Source of the DNA: Terrimicrobiaceae bacterium
GTDB taxonomy: Bacteria > Verrucomicrobiota > Verrucomicrobiia > Chthoniobacterales > Terrimicrobiaceae
Direction: 5' to 3'
Length of the DNA: 64,000 nt
NCBI GenBank assembly: GCA_044342325.1
Contig: JBIIPZ010000001.1
Location: 79,564 to 143,563 of the forward strand
Part shown: positions 53,871 to 63,705 of the stretch, piece by piece
How positions within the stretch are numbered: the stretch's first letter is position 1
How the letters are laid out: each line of letters starts with the position of its first letter
Notes under the pieces: generated by a model
What the model was told of the DNA's origin: nothing
Database searches by the model: none
Seen by the model: only the letters and a program-made list of their open reading frames with translations
Program-made: the position numbers and the translations under genes

Positions 53871-55057
53871 TCCTTGGGTTGAAAATCCGGAATCGCTCTT
53901 TTCATGAAAGCGTCGAAAAGCGGCACGGTGAAAGCCATATCCCCATAGGCTGGGCTGTAGATCATTCCTTTCTTGATCAGCTTGGAACGGACGGGACCGA
54001 TGCTGGACACCTTCACGCCGAGAGCGGCGGCGATATCGCCCGTGCGCTGCGCCCTGGGACCAAGCTCGGCCATGGCTCTCAGGAAATTCTTTTCTCCGGG
54101 CGTGAGGCGGTCGAAACGGACCCGGAAAAAGTTTTGATCCAGTCGCGGGATCACTGCACCCGTGGCGGCTTGCACCGCTTCCATGGTGATCGGGCTGGCT
54201 TCGGCGAGGTTCCAGGTTTGGTAACCCCATTCCTGAAGGAAATACGGGTAGCCTTTTGTGAGGCGGTGGATTTCGGCGAGCGCCATTGCTTCGACCACCA
54301 CCCCGTTTGCCAAAGCCGGTTCGCTCACGGCTTTCGCAGAGTCCTCCTCGGACAATGCTCCCACATCCGGAAACGCGAAGAGGCGCTCAGCGTAGGATTT
54401 GGAGTCTCCGGCCAGACCCGGTAAAACCGGCAAGCCCGCTGCCAGCAGGATAACGGGGAGTTGCCGCTGTTGCATTCGGTGCATCGCCATGATCAAAGCC
54501 CCCAGCTCTTTCTGGCTGAAGTATTGAATCTCATCGATCAACACCGCGATGGCCGTGCCGCGTTCCTGGGCCGCCTCGCCTGCCGCTTCGAAGAGATTTG
54601 GCAAATCCTGTTCGATGTCGCCGCTGTCCGCCGCGCCGCGTTCCGGTTCGATGTCGAGCCCGATTTCCACATCGCCGAGCGAAAGCTTCAAGCCACCCAC
54701 GAAACTACGCAGCACCCTCAACCCCCGCTTCACGCGGTCTCCGGCATGGGCCATCCGGTCTAACTCAAAAAACACCGCCTTCAGCTGTGTCGCCAAGAGC
54801 GGCCCTAAAGCTTTGTTTTCATGGGCTTCGATGAAAATGGTGCGATACCCTGCGGCTTTGGCCATCCGCTGGATTTCATTCAGCAAAACCGTCTTTCCGA
54901 CCCCGCGCAGGCCGGTCAAAAGAAGACTTTTTTCAGATTTGCCAATGCGGATGCGGCCCAGAAGCACGCGGGCTTGCTCCAGGATCGGTCCGCGTCCCAC
55001 AAGTTCCGGTGGGGGTGAGCCAGCGCCAGGTGAAAATGGGTTTTTGATCGGATCCAT
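53867..55057 (-). CDS. AAA/P-loop ATPase with a C-terminal winged helix
   Basis: NPFSPGAG..P, GLRGVGKT, LIDEIQ, GYPYFLQ, R..LIKKG.IY. Confidence 0.85.
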   Translation of the reverse strand: MDPIKNPFSPGAGSPPPELVGRGPILEQARVLLGRIRIGKSEKSLLLTGLRGVGKTVLLNEIQRMAKAAGYRTIFIEAHENKALGPLLATQLKAVFFELDRMAHAGDRVKRGLRVLRSFVGGLKLSLGDVEIGLDIEPERGAADSGDIEQDLPNLFEAAGEAAQERGTAIAVLIDEIQYFSQKELGALIMAMHRMQQRQLPVILLAAGLPVLPGLAGDSKSYAERLFAFPDVGALSEEDSAKAVSEPALANGVVVEAMALAEIHRLTKGYPYFLQEWGYQTWNLAEASPITMEAVQAATGAVIPRLDQNFFRVRFDRLTPGEKNFLRAMAELGPRAQRTGDIAAALGVKVSSIGPVRSKLIKKGMIYSPAYGDMAFTVPLFDAFMKRAIPDFQPKE

Positions 55058-55061
55058 GTTC

Positions 55062-55107
55062 TATCAAGTTGTATTAGGTTATACTAAAAATAAAGTATAA
55101 CTTGATA
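55062..55107. promoter_or_regulatory. Nested inverted repeats directly upstream of the AAA-wHTH gene
   Basis: GTTATACT-N8-AGTATAAC (55078-55101), plus outer TATCAAGTTGTA / TATAACTTGATA. Confidence 0.6.
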
Positions 55108-55129
55108 AACTCGCTATAATTTGGAAAAC

Positions 55130-55205
55130 ACACCATGAAAGACCTTCAGCGCTTCGTTGCCGACGTGGTTGATGACTTTGACGGCGATGCGGTCGGCGCG
55201 GTCGT
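55130..55205 (-). pseudogene. C-terminal stump of a second Mod-like DNA methyltransferase
   Basis: Minus strand reads RADRIAVKVINHVGNEALKVF, like the IAVKVI..G.E..KV Mod tail. Confidence 0.55.
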
Positions 55206-55251
55206 TTTGATTGGTTTCTATGAAGTTATTTTGGGTGTTGGAAAAAAGTAT

Positions 55252-55830
55252 TCACCACGGGTTGCTCAGGATTTCGCGGACGCGAATGGGGTTGAGAACG
55301 GTGGAGCAGGTTTCCCAATCGGCGTCTTCGACTTTGCTGTATTTCTCGCCGAAGGGGTTGCGGGTGTGGGCGGCGCGTTCGATGAGTTGGCGGGCGGACT
55401 CTTCGTCGTTTTGGGCAATTTTCACCCACACATCCTCGAGCGTGTCGGGAATTTGGCCGAAAATCCGGTGGATAGCTTCAAGTCTTTGGGCGAGGACGCG
55501 GTGCACTTTGTCTTCCACCGAATCGCGGTAGCGCAGGTTGGCGACCCATACTTCCGAGCGGATTTGACCGATACGCTGGATCCGGCCCTTGCGCTGTTCG
55601 AGGCGCGTGGGGTTCCATGGAAGGTCGATGTTGATGAGTGTGCCGAGGCGCTGGAGGTTGAGGCCCTCGGAGGCGGCATCTATCCCGAGGAGCAGGGTTA
55701 GCTCGCCGGTGCGAACGAGTTGTTTGAGGTAGTTGCGGTCAGAGCGTTGGAAATCGCCGCCACGCCAGAATCCGGAACGGTTGCTTACTGCGTAAAGGCC
55801 GATGTCGAGGTTTGAAAACTCCGGCCGATT
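55252..55830 (-). pseudogene. C-terminal fragment of an SNF2-type helicase (PLD-helicase anti-phage family-like)
   Basis: DAASEGLNLQ, INIDLPWNPTRLEQRKGRIQRIGQ, FGQIPD.LEDVW; no Walker A/B part. Confidence 0.75.
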
Positions 55831-55928
55831 TGCTGGCCTTCCACTTTGAGAAAATGGGGCCGCTTTATCCGTTCTCAGATTGATCGCTTCCAAGTGGCGT
55901 GCACGATCATAGATCGTCCCGACTTCTT

Positions 55929-58900
55929 TCAATGCTCCCGAAGGCTTGCTTGGGAATTCCTCGCTTCCCACAGTTTGCCCATGGTTTCGAGCCAATCCGC
56001 CAGCGCATTTTTCGCCTTCAGAGGCTCAGCGAGAGGCTCTTCCTGATGCGCGACATGGCGGTTTCTGAAGTCATTCAATCTGCTGACGCGATCCAGCAAA
56101 TCCCTTGCCCCTGTAAATTTCAGGCTGCATTTTACAGTATCGAAAACTCCCCCGATCTTGGTTGAATCGTTTAGTGCGTAGTCCAGACAGCTCCGCAACA
56201 TTCCCACTGGAGACACCCCGCTGCGATACACCAGTGTTTTCCGCAAGTTCCGGCCAAGGTCTTCATAGTGCCGCCGCATCCGCTGATCCACTTTGCCTAA
56301 ATAGGGGTAGAACCAATCTTGCTGATCCACTGGGTTTGAAGGGATGAGCGGTGAGAGTTTTGTCATTACCAGCCCTTTCGCGCATTCATCCACGACTCCG
56401 AGTAATGTGGTGAACACGGGGGCGTAGTTGACTCCTTCCTTCTTCTCGAAAAAGCGGAATAGCGAAATGGCTTCATCCGCAGCCCGTCTGAGTCGTTCCG
56501 GCAATCCCTCAAGTAAACTTTCGGGAACGACCGATTGCGCGGCAGGAGCTTTTTCGTCCAGCATGCCGAGGTTGGCGAATAGTGGAAGTTCGTCCGCAAG
56601 TTTTCTCTCATCGAGCAAATCCTGCAAACTTGGCGCGCAGGCTTTCGCAAGTTGGGAAAAATCGCTTCCGTTGAACCGATGGAACACGCCTTCAAGCACG
56701 AACACATATTCCCATTCCGCGCCCTTGCTCCATTCGACTGTGGCACGGGCTTTCACCGGAACATCACGATCCACTAGGCCTTTCGTTTCCACGAGGTAAC
56801 AGCGTCCGTTTTTCGTTCGAACGAAAAAGTCTGGTGTGTAAAACGCCAGCCTGTGACCGTCCGCCAGATAGTCGATCCGCAGGGCCTGGGGCCCAGCATT
56901 CTTTGCGAAGGCGACCACATCGCTACAGCGTGACATCAGTTCCGCAAAAGCCGTTTCAAGAGCCCGGTTGCAAGGAATAAGATTAAAAAGAGTCTTTTGA
57001 GAAGTTAGCACTGGCCTGCGCTCGCTTACGGTGACTTGAAACGGCCGCCATGATGCCAATGAAAGAGGCGCCATCATCGATTCGCGTGTTTGTGATTGAA
57101 TGATCTTCGAACGCACCAGCGGCAGAAACACCGCGCGGACATTTTCTCTCACATCCGCATCTCCGATGTCGCTTCACCAGCTTGACATCGAAAACGGACT
57201 GGCCGGGCCCGAACAAAATTTCTTCCAGAAAGACCTGCAACAGCGGAGCGAGCACCTGATGCGTGCCCTTCACTTTGCAGATGTGCTCCACCTCCTGCAC
57301 ATAAAACGAAATCGCGCCGAGGCCGGATTCCAAGAGCACCAGATTTACTTTCATGTGCTCGACCACCTCACCAGTGATCAGGTGGCGGCCTTCATATTGC
57401 ACTTCATCGGGGCCACGTTCACCCAGTGAAAGAGTCTGGTATTTTAGAAATGCCGATCTCATTTCATCCTGCGTGATAGGTCCCAAACCGGTCAGCGTTT
57501 GATTTCCTGCTGACAAGCGGGGAATGAGGATATCCAGCGAGGCGGAGTCTTTCGTGTTGGTGTCCGGGAAAATCGAGACCGTTGTGACCGGCACTTTTTC
57601 AATATCCACCAATTCGACCTCTAGGCCTTCCTGTGCGAGTTCGTCGCGATAAAGTCGTGCGAACGCCTCGTGTTCCACCACCGTCACCACTTCGTTCGCC
57701 TGCCCGGGTAGGGTCATTCGCCGCAAACCGCGTCCCAGCGTCTGTTCTGGCAGAATGCCTGCTTGCGAGCTGTATGGCCTCAGCGGAACAATGGTCGTGA
57801 CATTCCTCACATCCCAGCCTTCCCGCAGCATCAGCACGCTCACGATGCAGAAATACGGACTCAATCCGGAATCCAACTCTCGGCTGAGTTTCCGCAGTGC
57901 TCTGAGATCTTCGTCGGTGATGTCCTTGTCGCTTGTTTCGAAGGCGCCGGTCTTTTTGTTGATCTTGCCTTTGAGGTTCGTGTGTAGGTTGATTGTCCGT
58001 CCGTTGAGATCCTTAAACACGGCGTCACCATGAAGGCGGCGAGTAATCTCGTTCGCTTCCTTGGTGTCGTTGCACATTACGAAGAGCAGCGGTTTCTTGC
58101 CGGATACCAGCCATTCTTCACAGCTCTTCTGCCAACGCTGATAGCCAAGTCTCAGATGCGCCTCGTAACGATAAGCTGCATCATCAGTGGCCTGTTCCAC
58201 CAGATTGCCGGCACGGCCAATGATCGGCGTTTTCACGATGCCAGCATCCACGGCTTCGCCGAGCGGCGTGTCGCACACGATGTGCTTAAAGTAGTTTGCT
58301 TTGTTGTCCTTGGGCGTTGCAGAGAAGTCCAATTGGGAAACCAGCATGCCACCTCGTTTCCTGAGTGTTTCATGCAGGAATGAAATGGCCTCATTCCAAG
58401 CAGAGTCCGGATCCCAGACATGGTGCGCCTCGTCATTGAGCACCATAATTCGCTCGTGACCGGTGATGCGTTCATGCAGGGCCGCGCCAGTGTCCAGCGC
58501 GGAAGCCTTGGCAACAGCAGGTCCCATCCAATCGAAGGCTCCGCCCTTGAGTGTTTTTCGGTTGGAGTTGTCGAATAGCCGGTGAATATTTGTGAGGTAG
58601 AGCACTCCGCCGGTATGAGCGCCGCCAGCCTCATCCTGCAAAACCGTCGTCAGGTTCCAGTCGCCGCGCCACTCTACGGGAATTAGCGGATCATTGTCGA
58701 AAATGTCTGTGCCTCCGCCTTCCGGTTTAAAGTCTTCCTTCAGGCGCTCGAACACCGTCAGGTTCGGCGCAATTACCACAAAATGCCTCGCCATGTTTGA
58801 ATCGCTTTCCCGCAGCGCGTGGAAGTAGCTCCAAACGATGCACTGGCTCATCACCTTGGTCTTGCCGGAACCTGTCGCCATTTTGAAAGCATATCGGCTC

Positions 58901-59322
58901 CATGCGTCTTCATCATCGGTAATGCCCAGCGCGGCGGTTTCCGCGTAGGCTCCGCCGAACTCGGCAATGATCTGCGACAGACATTCCAGTTTGCGGACCT
59001 CTTTCAGATAGATGAATGTCTCCAGCGCCTCGCGCTGGCAGAAATAATAGCGGAACTCAAAGCCACCAACTTGATGGCTCCTCCCGAACCAATGGTTGAG
59101 TAGATAGCGAGTGGTGCCGCTCGCGCCTGGATAAAACGCGTCTCGCCAATCCTTCACCGCCCCGCGGAGGTTCTGGGCGATAGTGATGCCGCTCGGGCGT
59201 CTCCCGTCGCGGGTAGTGGCTCCCACGTTGCCTTCCGCGCGGCCGCGGTGCTTGCGCGGCTCCTCCCAAGCGGAAAAGAGCGGCTCCAAAGATTCGGTTT
59301 TTACAGTCAGGGAATCAGGCAT
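55929..59322 (-). pseudogene. res: Type III restriction enzyme Res subunit split by a +1 frameshift at about 57168
   Basis: YFCQREA, MATGSGKT, NDEAHH, FSATP, MLREGWDV, EQ.LGRGLR; second ORF carries YTPDF...VETKG. Confidence 0.85.
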
Positions 59323-59373
59323 GGTAGAAAATTGGGTGGTTGACCAAAGAGAATGATGAGGGAAACTTGGCTC

Positions 59374-59583
59374 ATGAAATTCTACACGGCGGTGATTGAA
59401 CGCGACTCCGTGACCGGCCTGCTTGTTGGATATGTGCCCGGTTTTCCAGGTGCACACTCGCAGGGAGAAACGATGGAGGAACTCAACGAAAACCTGCGCG
59501 AAGTGATTGCCATGCTTCTCGAGGACGGCGAACCCAACTTTGAGGCTGAATTCGTGGGAACCCAGAATGTCGCGCTCGCCTGA
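59374..59583 (+). CDS. hicB: HicB-family antitoxin (short form)
   Basis: YTAVIERD...VPGFPGAHSQGET.EE...NLREVI. Confidence 0.9.
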   Translation: MKFYTAVIERDSVTGLLVGYVPGFPGAHSQGETMEELNENLREVIAMLLEDGEPNFEAEFVGTQNVALA

Positions 59584-59585
59584 AC

Positions 59586-59810
59586 ATGGGCTCTCTTCCC
59601 GTTCTCAAGCCTGCGGAAGTCTGCCGCCTTCTGGAAGGTCTTGGATTCGCGGCCGTCCGCCAAAGGGGTTCGCATATCCAGTATCGTCACGCTGACGGAC
59701 GGGGAACAACTGTTCCCATGCACAAGGGACGCGACATCGCTCCTCCTCTGCTCCGACAGATCGCCCGGGACATCGGACTGACGATCGAGGAATTGGTTTC
59801 CCGTCGCTGA
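59586..59810 (+). CDS. hicA: HicA-family mRNA interferase toxin
   Basis: LGF..VRQRGSH..Y.H.DGR.TTVP.H...I...LL..I. Confidence 0.92.
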   Translation: MGSLPVLKPAEVCRLLEGLGFAAVRQRGSHIQYRHADGRGTTVPMHKGRDIAPPLLRQIARDIGLTIEELVSRR

Positions 59811-59818
59811 CATCGTGA

Positions 59819-61744
59819 TCAAATAGCGATGTCCAGCGTCAGGCTGGTGTCACAGCCAAACACATCCACTACTTTCACGCAGATGGTGCGTTTTCCTGGT
59901 GCTGGATAGGTGTAGGCGGCGTCGCTGACGGTTTTCAGACTCCGATCCTTGCGCGTCCGGTAATCCTGCCAGTCATGGTGAAACGGCTCGCCGAGTTTCC
60001 AATCGAAGTCCACTGCCCAGAAGTCAATAAAATCGAAACCACTGCGGATGGCACGTTCCTGCAAGGCTTCCAATTCCTTGCCGGGGACTTCCGCCAGCGA
60101 GGGCAGGAATTTGGTCAGCTTCACTTCCACGATCGTTTTACCAGCTTCTGCCCGAGTAACAGCCTCCGCCTCCAAAACCGCCATCTCGAGAAAGGGCGGC
60201 GGACTCTTGCGGTTCTTTTCCATGATCTCTCGCGGAATGGGCACCAGCTTCAGGCGGATGCCGTGCTCGGCTTCCAGCGCGAGGCAATGCTGGCGCAACT
60301 CCATCTGGAATTCCCATGCTAGGCAATAGACCTCACGCCCTCCCGCCGCCACCACAGCTTCCGCCACCGAGCGAGCCTCGTCGCTGGTAAAAATCCCATC
60401 GATGCCGTCCACATGGCAGAACGCCGCGCCCTTGCGACCATGAAGCAGGGGGCTGGTGGCATTGGTGAGAATCTCCGCCCGGAAAAATTCCAGCACTACC
60501 TTGCGGTGCTCTTCCTCAGCGCCTTTCAAGCGGTCTTTTTGCCACCACTGCCGTTCGTAACGGCCAAGATTGTGAACATCGAAAGCACGGTAAGGCTGGC
60601 CTTCTTCATGAAGCTTGCGCTGGAGTTCAATCAAGCGCTTGCGCGTGGTGTGAATCGCGAAACGACCGAGGTCCGCCATGATCCATCGACGCCCTAACCG
60701 CTCCGCTACCGCGCCCGTGGTGCCGCTACCGCAGAAGAAGTCGGCGACCAGATCACCTTCGTTGCTGCTGGCGCGGATGATGCGTTCGAGAAGTGCTTCG
60801 GGTTTTTGTGTGGCGTAGTCGGCTCGTTCATCAGCCGCAGGATTTACTGGAGGTATGTCATCCCAAACTGAGTCAACGATGTCACCAGGCACTTCATCTA
60901 AATAAATTATCCTGCTGCCACCAGCCGTTGGATTGACATCGTCTCGATATAATCTGCCATCGCCATCTTTTTTGAATCGTGCGATGTATTCGGGTTTATG
61001 CGGCTTATATTGGGTGCTCCAAGTCCAACGCTCACCTTTTCGATATGAAAGGATGCTATCGTGTTTTTGAGGAAACTTTCTTGTGGTTTTTCGTTTGAAC
61101 GCAAAATACGTCCAAGCGATTTCATTGAGGAAATTGTCTTTCCCGAAACCTTGATCAAGCACGCAGCGAAGGAAGTAGCTAACACGCCAATCGCAGTGCA
61201 CGTATATACTCCCGTTGTCAGAAAGAAGCTCCTTCATCAACGACAGCCGCTCGAACATCATGTGCAGGTAGCTGTCCGTGCCCTTGCCCCACATGTCGCG
61301 ATAGGCGACCATTTCGAGCGTGGACTGGTCTTTTTCGATTGTTTCCTTTCCATCTCCGATTGGCACATCCATCGTGAAATCCGCGCCGACATCGAAGGGT
61401 GGGTCGATGTAGATGAGATCGATCTTGCCCTTGAACTCGGCGAGCAAGCTGGCGAGCACCAATTTGTTGTCGCCCCAGACCAGACGATTGCGGAAATCGT
61501 CACGCTTTTTTCCGTCGAGTTGTTCTTCAAACATCGTGAGCTGGCCGGTGGCCTCAGCTCGCTGGCGAGGTTCATCGACGGTCTCAATTTTTTGGAGCGG
61601 CATCGCCAGCGACGCGGCATCGACTTCCCGGCGGCGGCCATATTCATCGTATTTTCCATCCCACACCAGTTCGGTGCGCATGAGGGACAGAGGATGAGGA
61701 TTGGCGGGTCCCCATAAAAAATCTTTCTGCGGAGTGTGCTTCAT
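59819..61744 (-). CDS. mod: Type III R-M DNA methyltransferase (Mod)
   Basis: LVWGDN, IYIDPPF, YATQKPEALLERII, DFFCGSGTT, VKVVDVFG. Confidence 0.92.
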   Translation of the reverse strand: MKHTPQKDFLWGPANPHPLSLMRTELVWDGKYDEYGRRREVDAASLAMPLQKIETVDEPRQRAEATGQLTMFEEQLDGKKRDDFRNRLVWGDNKLVLASLLAEFKGKIDLIYIDPPFDVGADFTMDVPIGDGKETIEKDQSTLEMVAYRDMWGKGTDSYLHMMFERLSLMKELLSDNGSIYVHCDWRVSYFLRCVLDQGFGKDNFLNEIAWTYFAFKRKTTRKFPQKHDSILSYRKGERWTWSTQYKPHKPEYIARFKKDGDGRLYRDDVNPTAGGSRIIYLDEVPGDIVDSVWDDIPPVNPAADERADYATQKPEALLERIIRASSNEGDLVADFFCGSGTTGAVAERLGRRWIMADLGRFAIHTTRKRLIELQRKLHEEGQPYRAFDVHNLGRYERQWWQKDRLKGAEEEHRKVVLEFFRAEILTNATSPLLHGRKGAAFCHVDGIDGIFTSDEARSVAEAVVAAGGREVYCLAWEFQMELRQHCLALEAEHGIRLKLVPIPREIMEKNRKSPPPFLEMAVLEAEAVTRAEAGKTIVEVKLTKFLPSLAEVPGKELEALQERAIRSGFDFIDFWAVDFDWKLGEPFHHDWQDYRTRKDRSLKTVSDAAYTYPAPGKRTICVKVVDVFGCDTSLTLDIAI

Positions 61745-61754
61745 TTCGCTTCTC

Positions 61755-61961
61755 CTATCCCTGCTGAAAGGCTTTTTTCTTGATAAGAGCACTGCCCCGA
61801 GTGCTCGTCTCTATGATTTTCTCCTTCTCGATGACCTGAAAGAGCAGATGGGCGATGACGCGGCTGGTGGGGATGCGGAGGCCGTTGTTGTCGGCTTTTT
61901 TCTGAATCCACGCCCACAGATCGGGTGACAAAGAGAGATTGATAGCCTTGTTTTTGCGCAC
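61755..61961 (-). CDS. Small ribbon-helix-helix-like protein, co-oriented with mod
   Basis: GTG start; KAINLSLSPDLWAWIQKKA...PTSRVIAHLL; ends 10 nt before mod. Confidence 0.6.
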   Translation of the reverse strand: MRKNKAINLSLSPDLWAWIQKKADNNGLRIPTSRVIAHLLFQVIEKEKIIETSTRGSALIKKKAFQQG

Positions 61962-61973
61962 AGATGCCAAGTG

Positions 61974-62087
61974 TGCCACACGTATTACTGGTGGCAATTA
62001 CTTTTTGAGGGGGTTTAAAAAAGTGGCTATTTCGTGGGTTTTTCTGAGGAACGCGCCTTGCAACACTTTTGTTGCGTGTGCTATTTT
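61974..62087. promoter_or_regulatory. Back-to-back sigma70-like promoters with inverted repeats
   Basis: Plus strand: TTGCAA (62058)...TG-c-TATTTT (62082), with GCAACA-N4-TGTTGC. Minus strand: TTGCCA (61997)...TG-g-CACACT, with TGCCAC-N11-GTGGCA. Confidence 0.5.
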
Positions 62088-62093
62088 TGTTTT

Positions 62094-62375
62094 GTGCCGA
62101 GAAAGACCATAACCGCGAATGTATCGCTGCCGCCGGAGATTCATGCTTGGGTGAAGGGCAAGATTGCCGCCATCTTGGAGGTGGAACCGGCGGCGAATCC
62201 GACATTCACCAGCGTGGTTTCGGACGCCTTGCGCCGCGCCATGCGCGATGAGGAGAAGGCGGCTCAGCTTGCGGAATCACCCGAGGCAGCGCCGCTGCAG
62301 CCACTTTCAAAAACCAAGGCCAAATACAAAAACGCGCGCGAAAGCAAAAAGCAGACGGGATCGAAAACGATTTAG
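62094..62375 (+). CDS. Small ribbon-helix-helix-like protein, divergent from mod
   Basis: GTG start; KTITANVSLPPEIHAWVKGK...TFTSVVSDALRRAM; basic tail. Confidence 0.6.
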   Translation: MPRKTITANVSLPPEIHAWVKGKIAAILEVEPAANPTFTSVVSDALRRAMRDEEKAAQLAESPEAAPLQPLSKTKAKYKNARESKKQTGSKTI

Positions 62376-62541
62376 AAGCTGAGTGTGCTTATCAACCTGT
62401 CGACGCTCTGTTGCTTTTCCAGGCTCGACCTTCCGGGGGGAGGGCGCCGAACTTGTGCCGACGATCAGCGACAAGAAACATGCTGCCGCAACAGAGTCTC
62501 TGCAAACCTTGCTCGTCCCTGGTTGGAAAAGGGAGGGAGCT

Positions 62542-63705
62542 TTAGGAAATCTGCATTCTACCTTTGTCGGTGAGTCGGTATTTCTGAAGGCGGCTGTTGG
62601 GTTTTTCGGGGATGGTTCGTTCGAGAAAGGCGAGGTCTAGAAGTTGGTTTACACGAAGGTTGAGTTTGCTGGAAATGCTGGAGTGTCCAAGGGCACGCGC
62701 CAATTCTGCCTTCGAGAGGGGAGAGGCATTCAAGGACTCAAGGATTCTGGTAGCAAGCGACTCTAGCCCTGACTCTAGCCCTGACTCTAGCCCCGGCTTT
62801 GCATTCGACTGGACCCTGCGGCGATCGTCTGATCGGGATTGTTCACGGGTTAGAGGGAGAATCTCCGGAAGGGGTATGGTAAATCGGACGCGTCCGGCGA
62901 GTTCTTCGATGGTGGGTTCGGGAAGGTTTTCAGCCTTGGCGATGCGGTAGATGCCTGGAATGCCGCTGCCCCATTGTTCGACCAGTTCCAGTTCGCGAAA
63001 CACGCGGGCGATGACGGGATTTCGGATTTGGGAGACGCCTTGCTTGATGTCTTCGACGGTCAGACCGGGAAGGAGCAGACCTGGGCTTTCAATCTCGATC
63101 CTGTTGTCGAAAAAAGCCACGCGAATGGGGAACCACGGTGGGAGTAGTCGGCATGAACGAGCGCGTTGATGACGACTTCGCGGAGGATTTTCACCGGTAT
63201 GCTCCAGATGTCCTTGCGGCGGATTTCTGAAAAATCCGCACCTCGCATGGCATGCTTTTTCAGAAAGAGCATGATTTCGTCCACGGCTTTTGACAGCGGA
63301 GAATGGATGTCGATGTGGTCGAAGATATCGGCCTTGTCGTTGCCGATGAAGCGCCCGCATTGTATCCAGGCGTCGTCGAAGTATTGGCGGCGGTCGAGGC
63401 CGTAGAGCAGTATGCCACCCTGGCTCGGCACCAGCTTGCCTTGTTCCTTGAGCATAATCCGCAGGCTTTGGAGTGTTCGCTCATCAATGGAGTTGCGACC
63501 TTCGAAATCTTTGGCGATGGCTTTGAGGTCGAGGTCATCCTGCGTGAGTTCTGGCATCGGGAGGGCGTCGAAGCTCACACCTGCGACCCCGCGTTGTAAC
63601 TCGGCAATTAGCTGAGGACCGGCGAGGCGATTGGTCGATCCCAACCGGACATAGGTGCCGCTTTGCTGGCCTTCCGCTTTAAGAAAATGGGGCCGCGTGC
63701 CACTA
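62542..63705 (-). pseudogene. AlbA/RecG-C-terminal-like HATPase + winged-helix regulator, frameshifted (about 63128) and cut by an IS
   Basis: YVRLGSTNR, LREVVINALVHADY, then a frame change to IRVAFFDNRIEIESPG, RNPVIA, EQWGSG, TIPEKPNSRLQKYRLT. Confidence 0.82.
62759..62794. repeat. 12-bp tandem repeat x3 encoding (GLES)3
   Basis: gactctagccct gactctagccct gactctagcccc. Confidence 0.9.
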
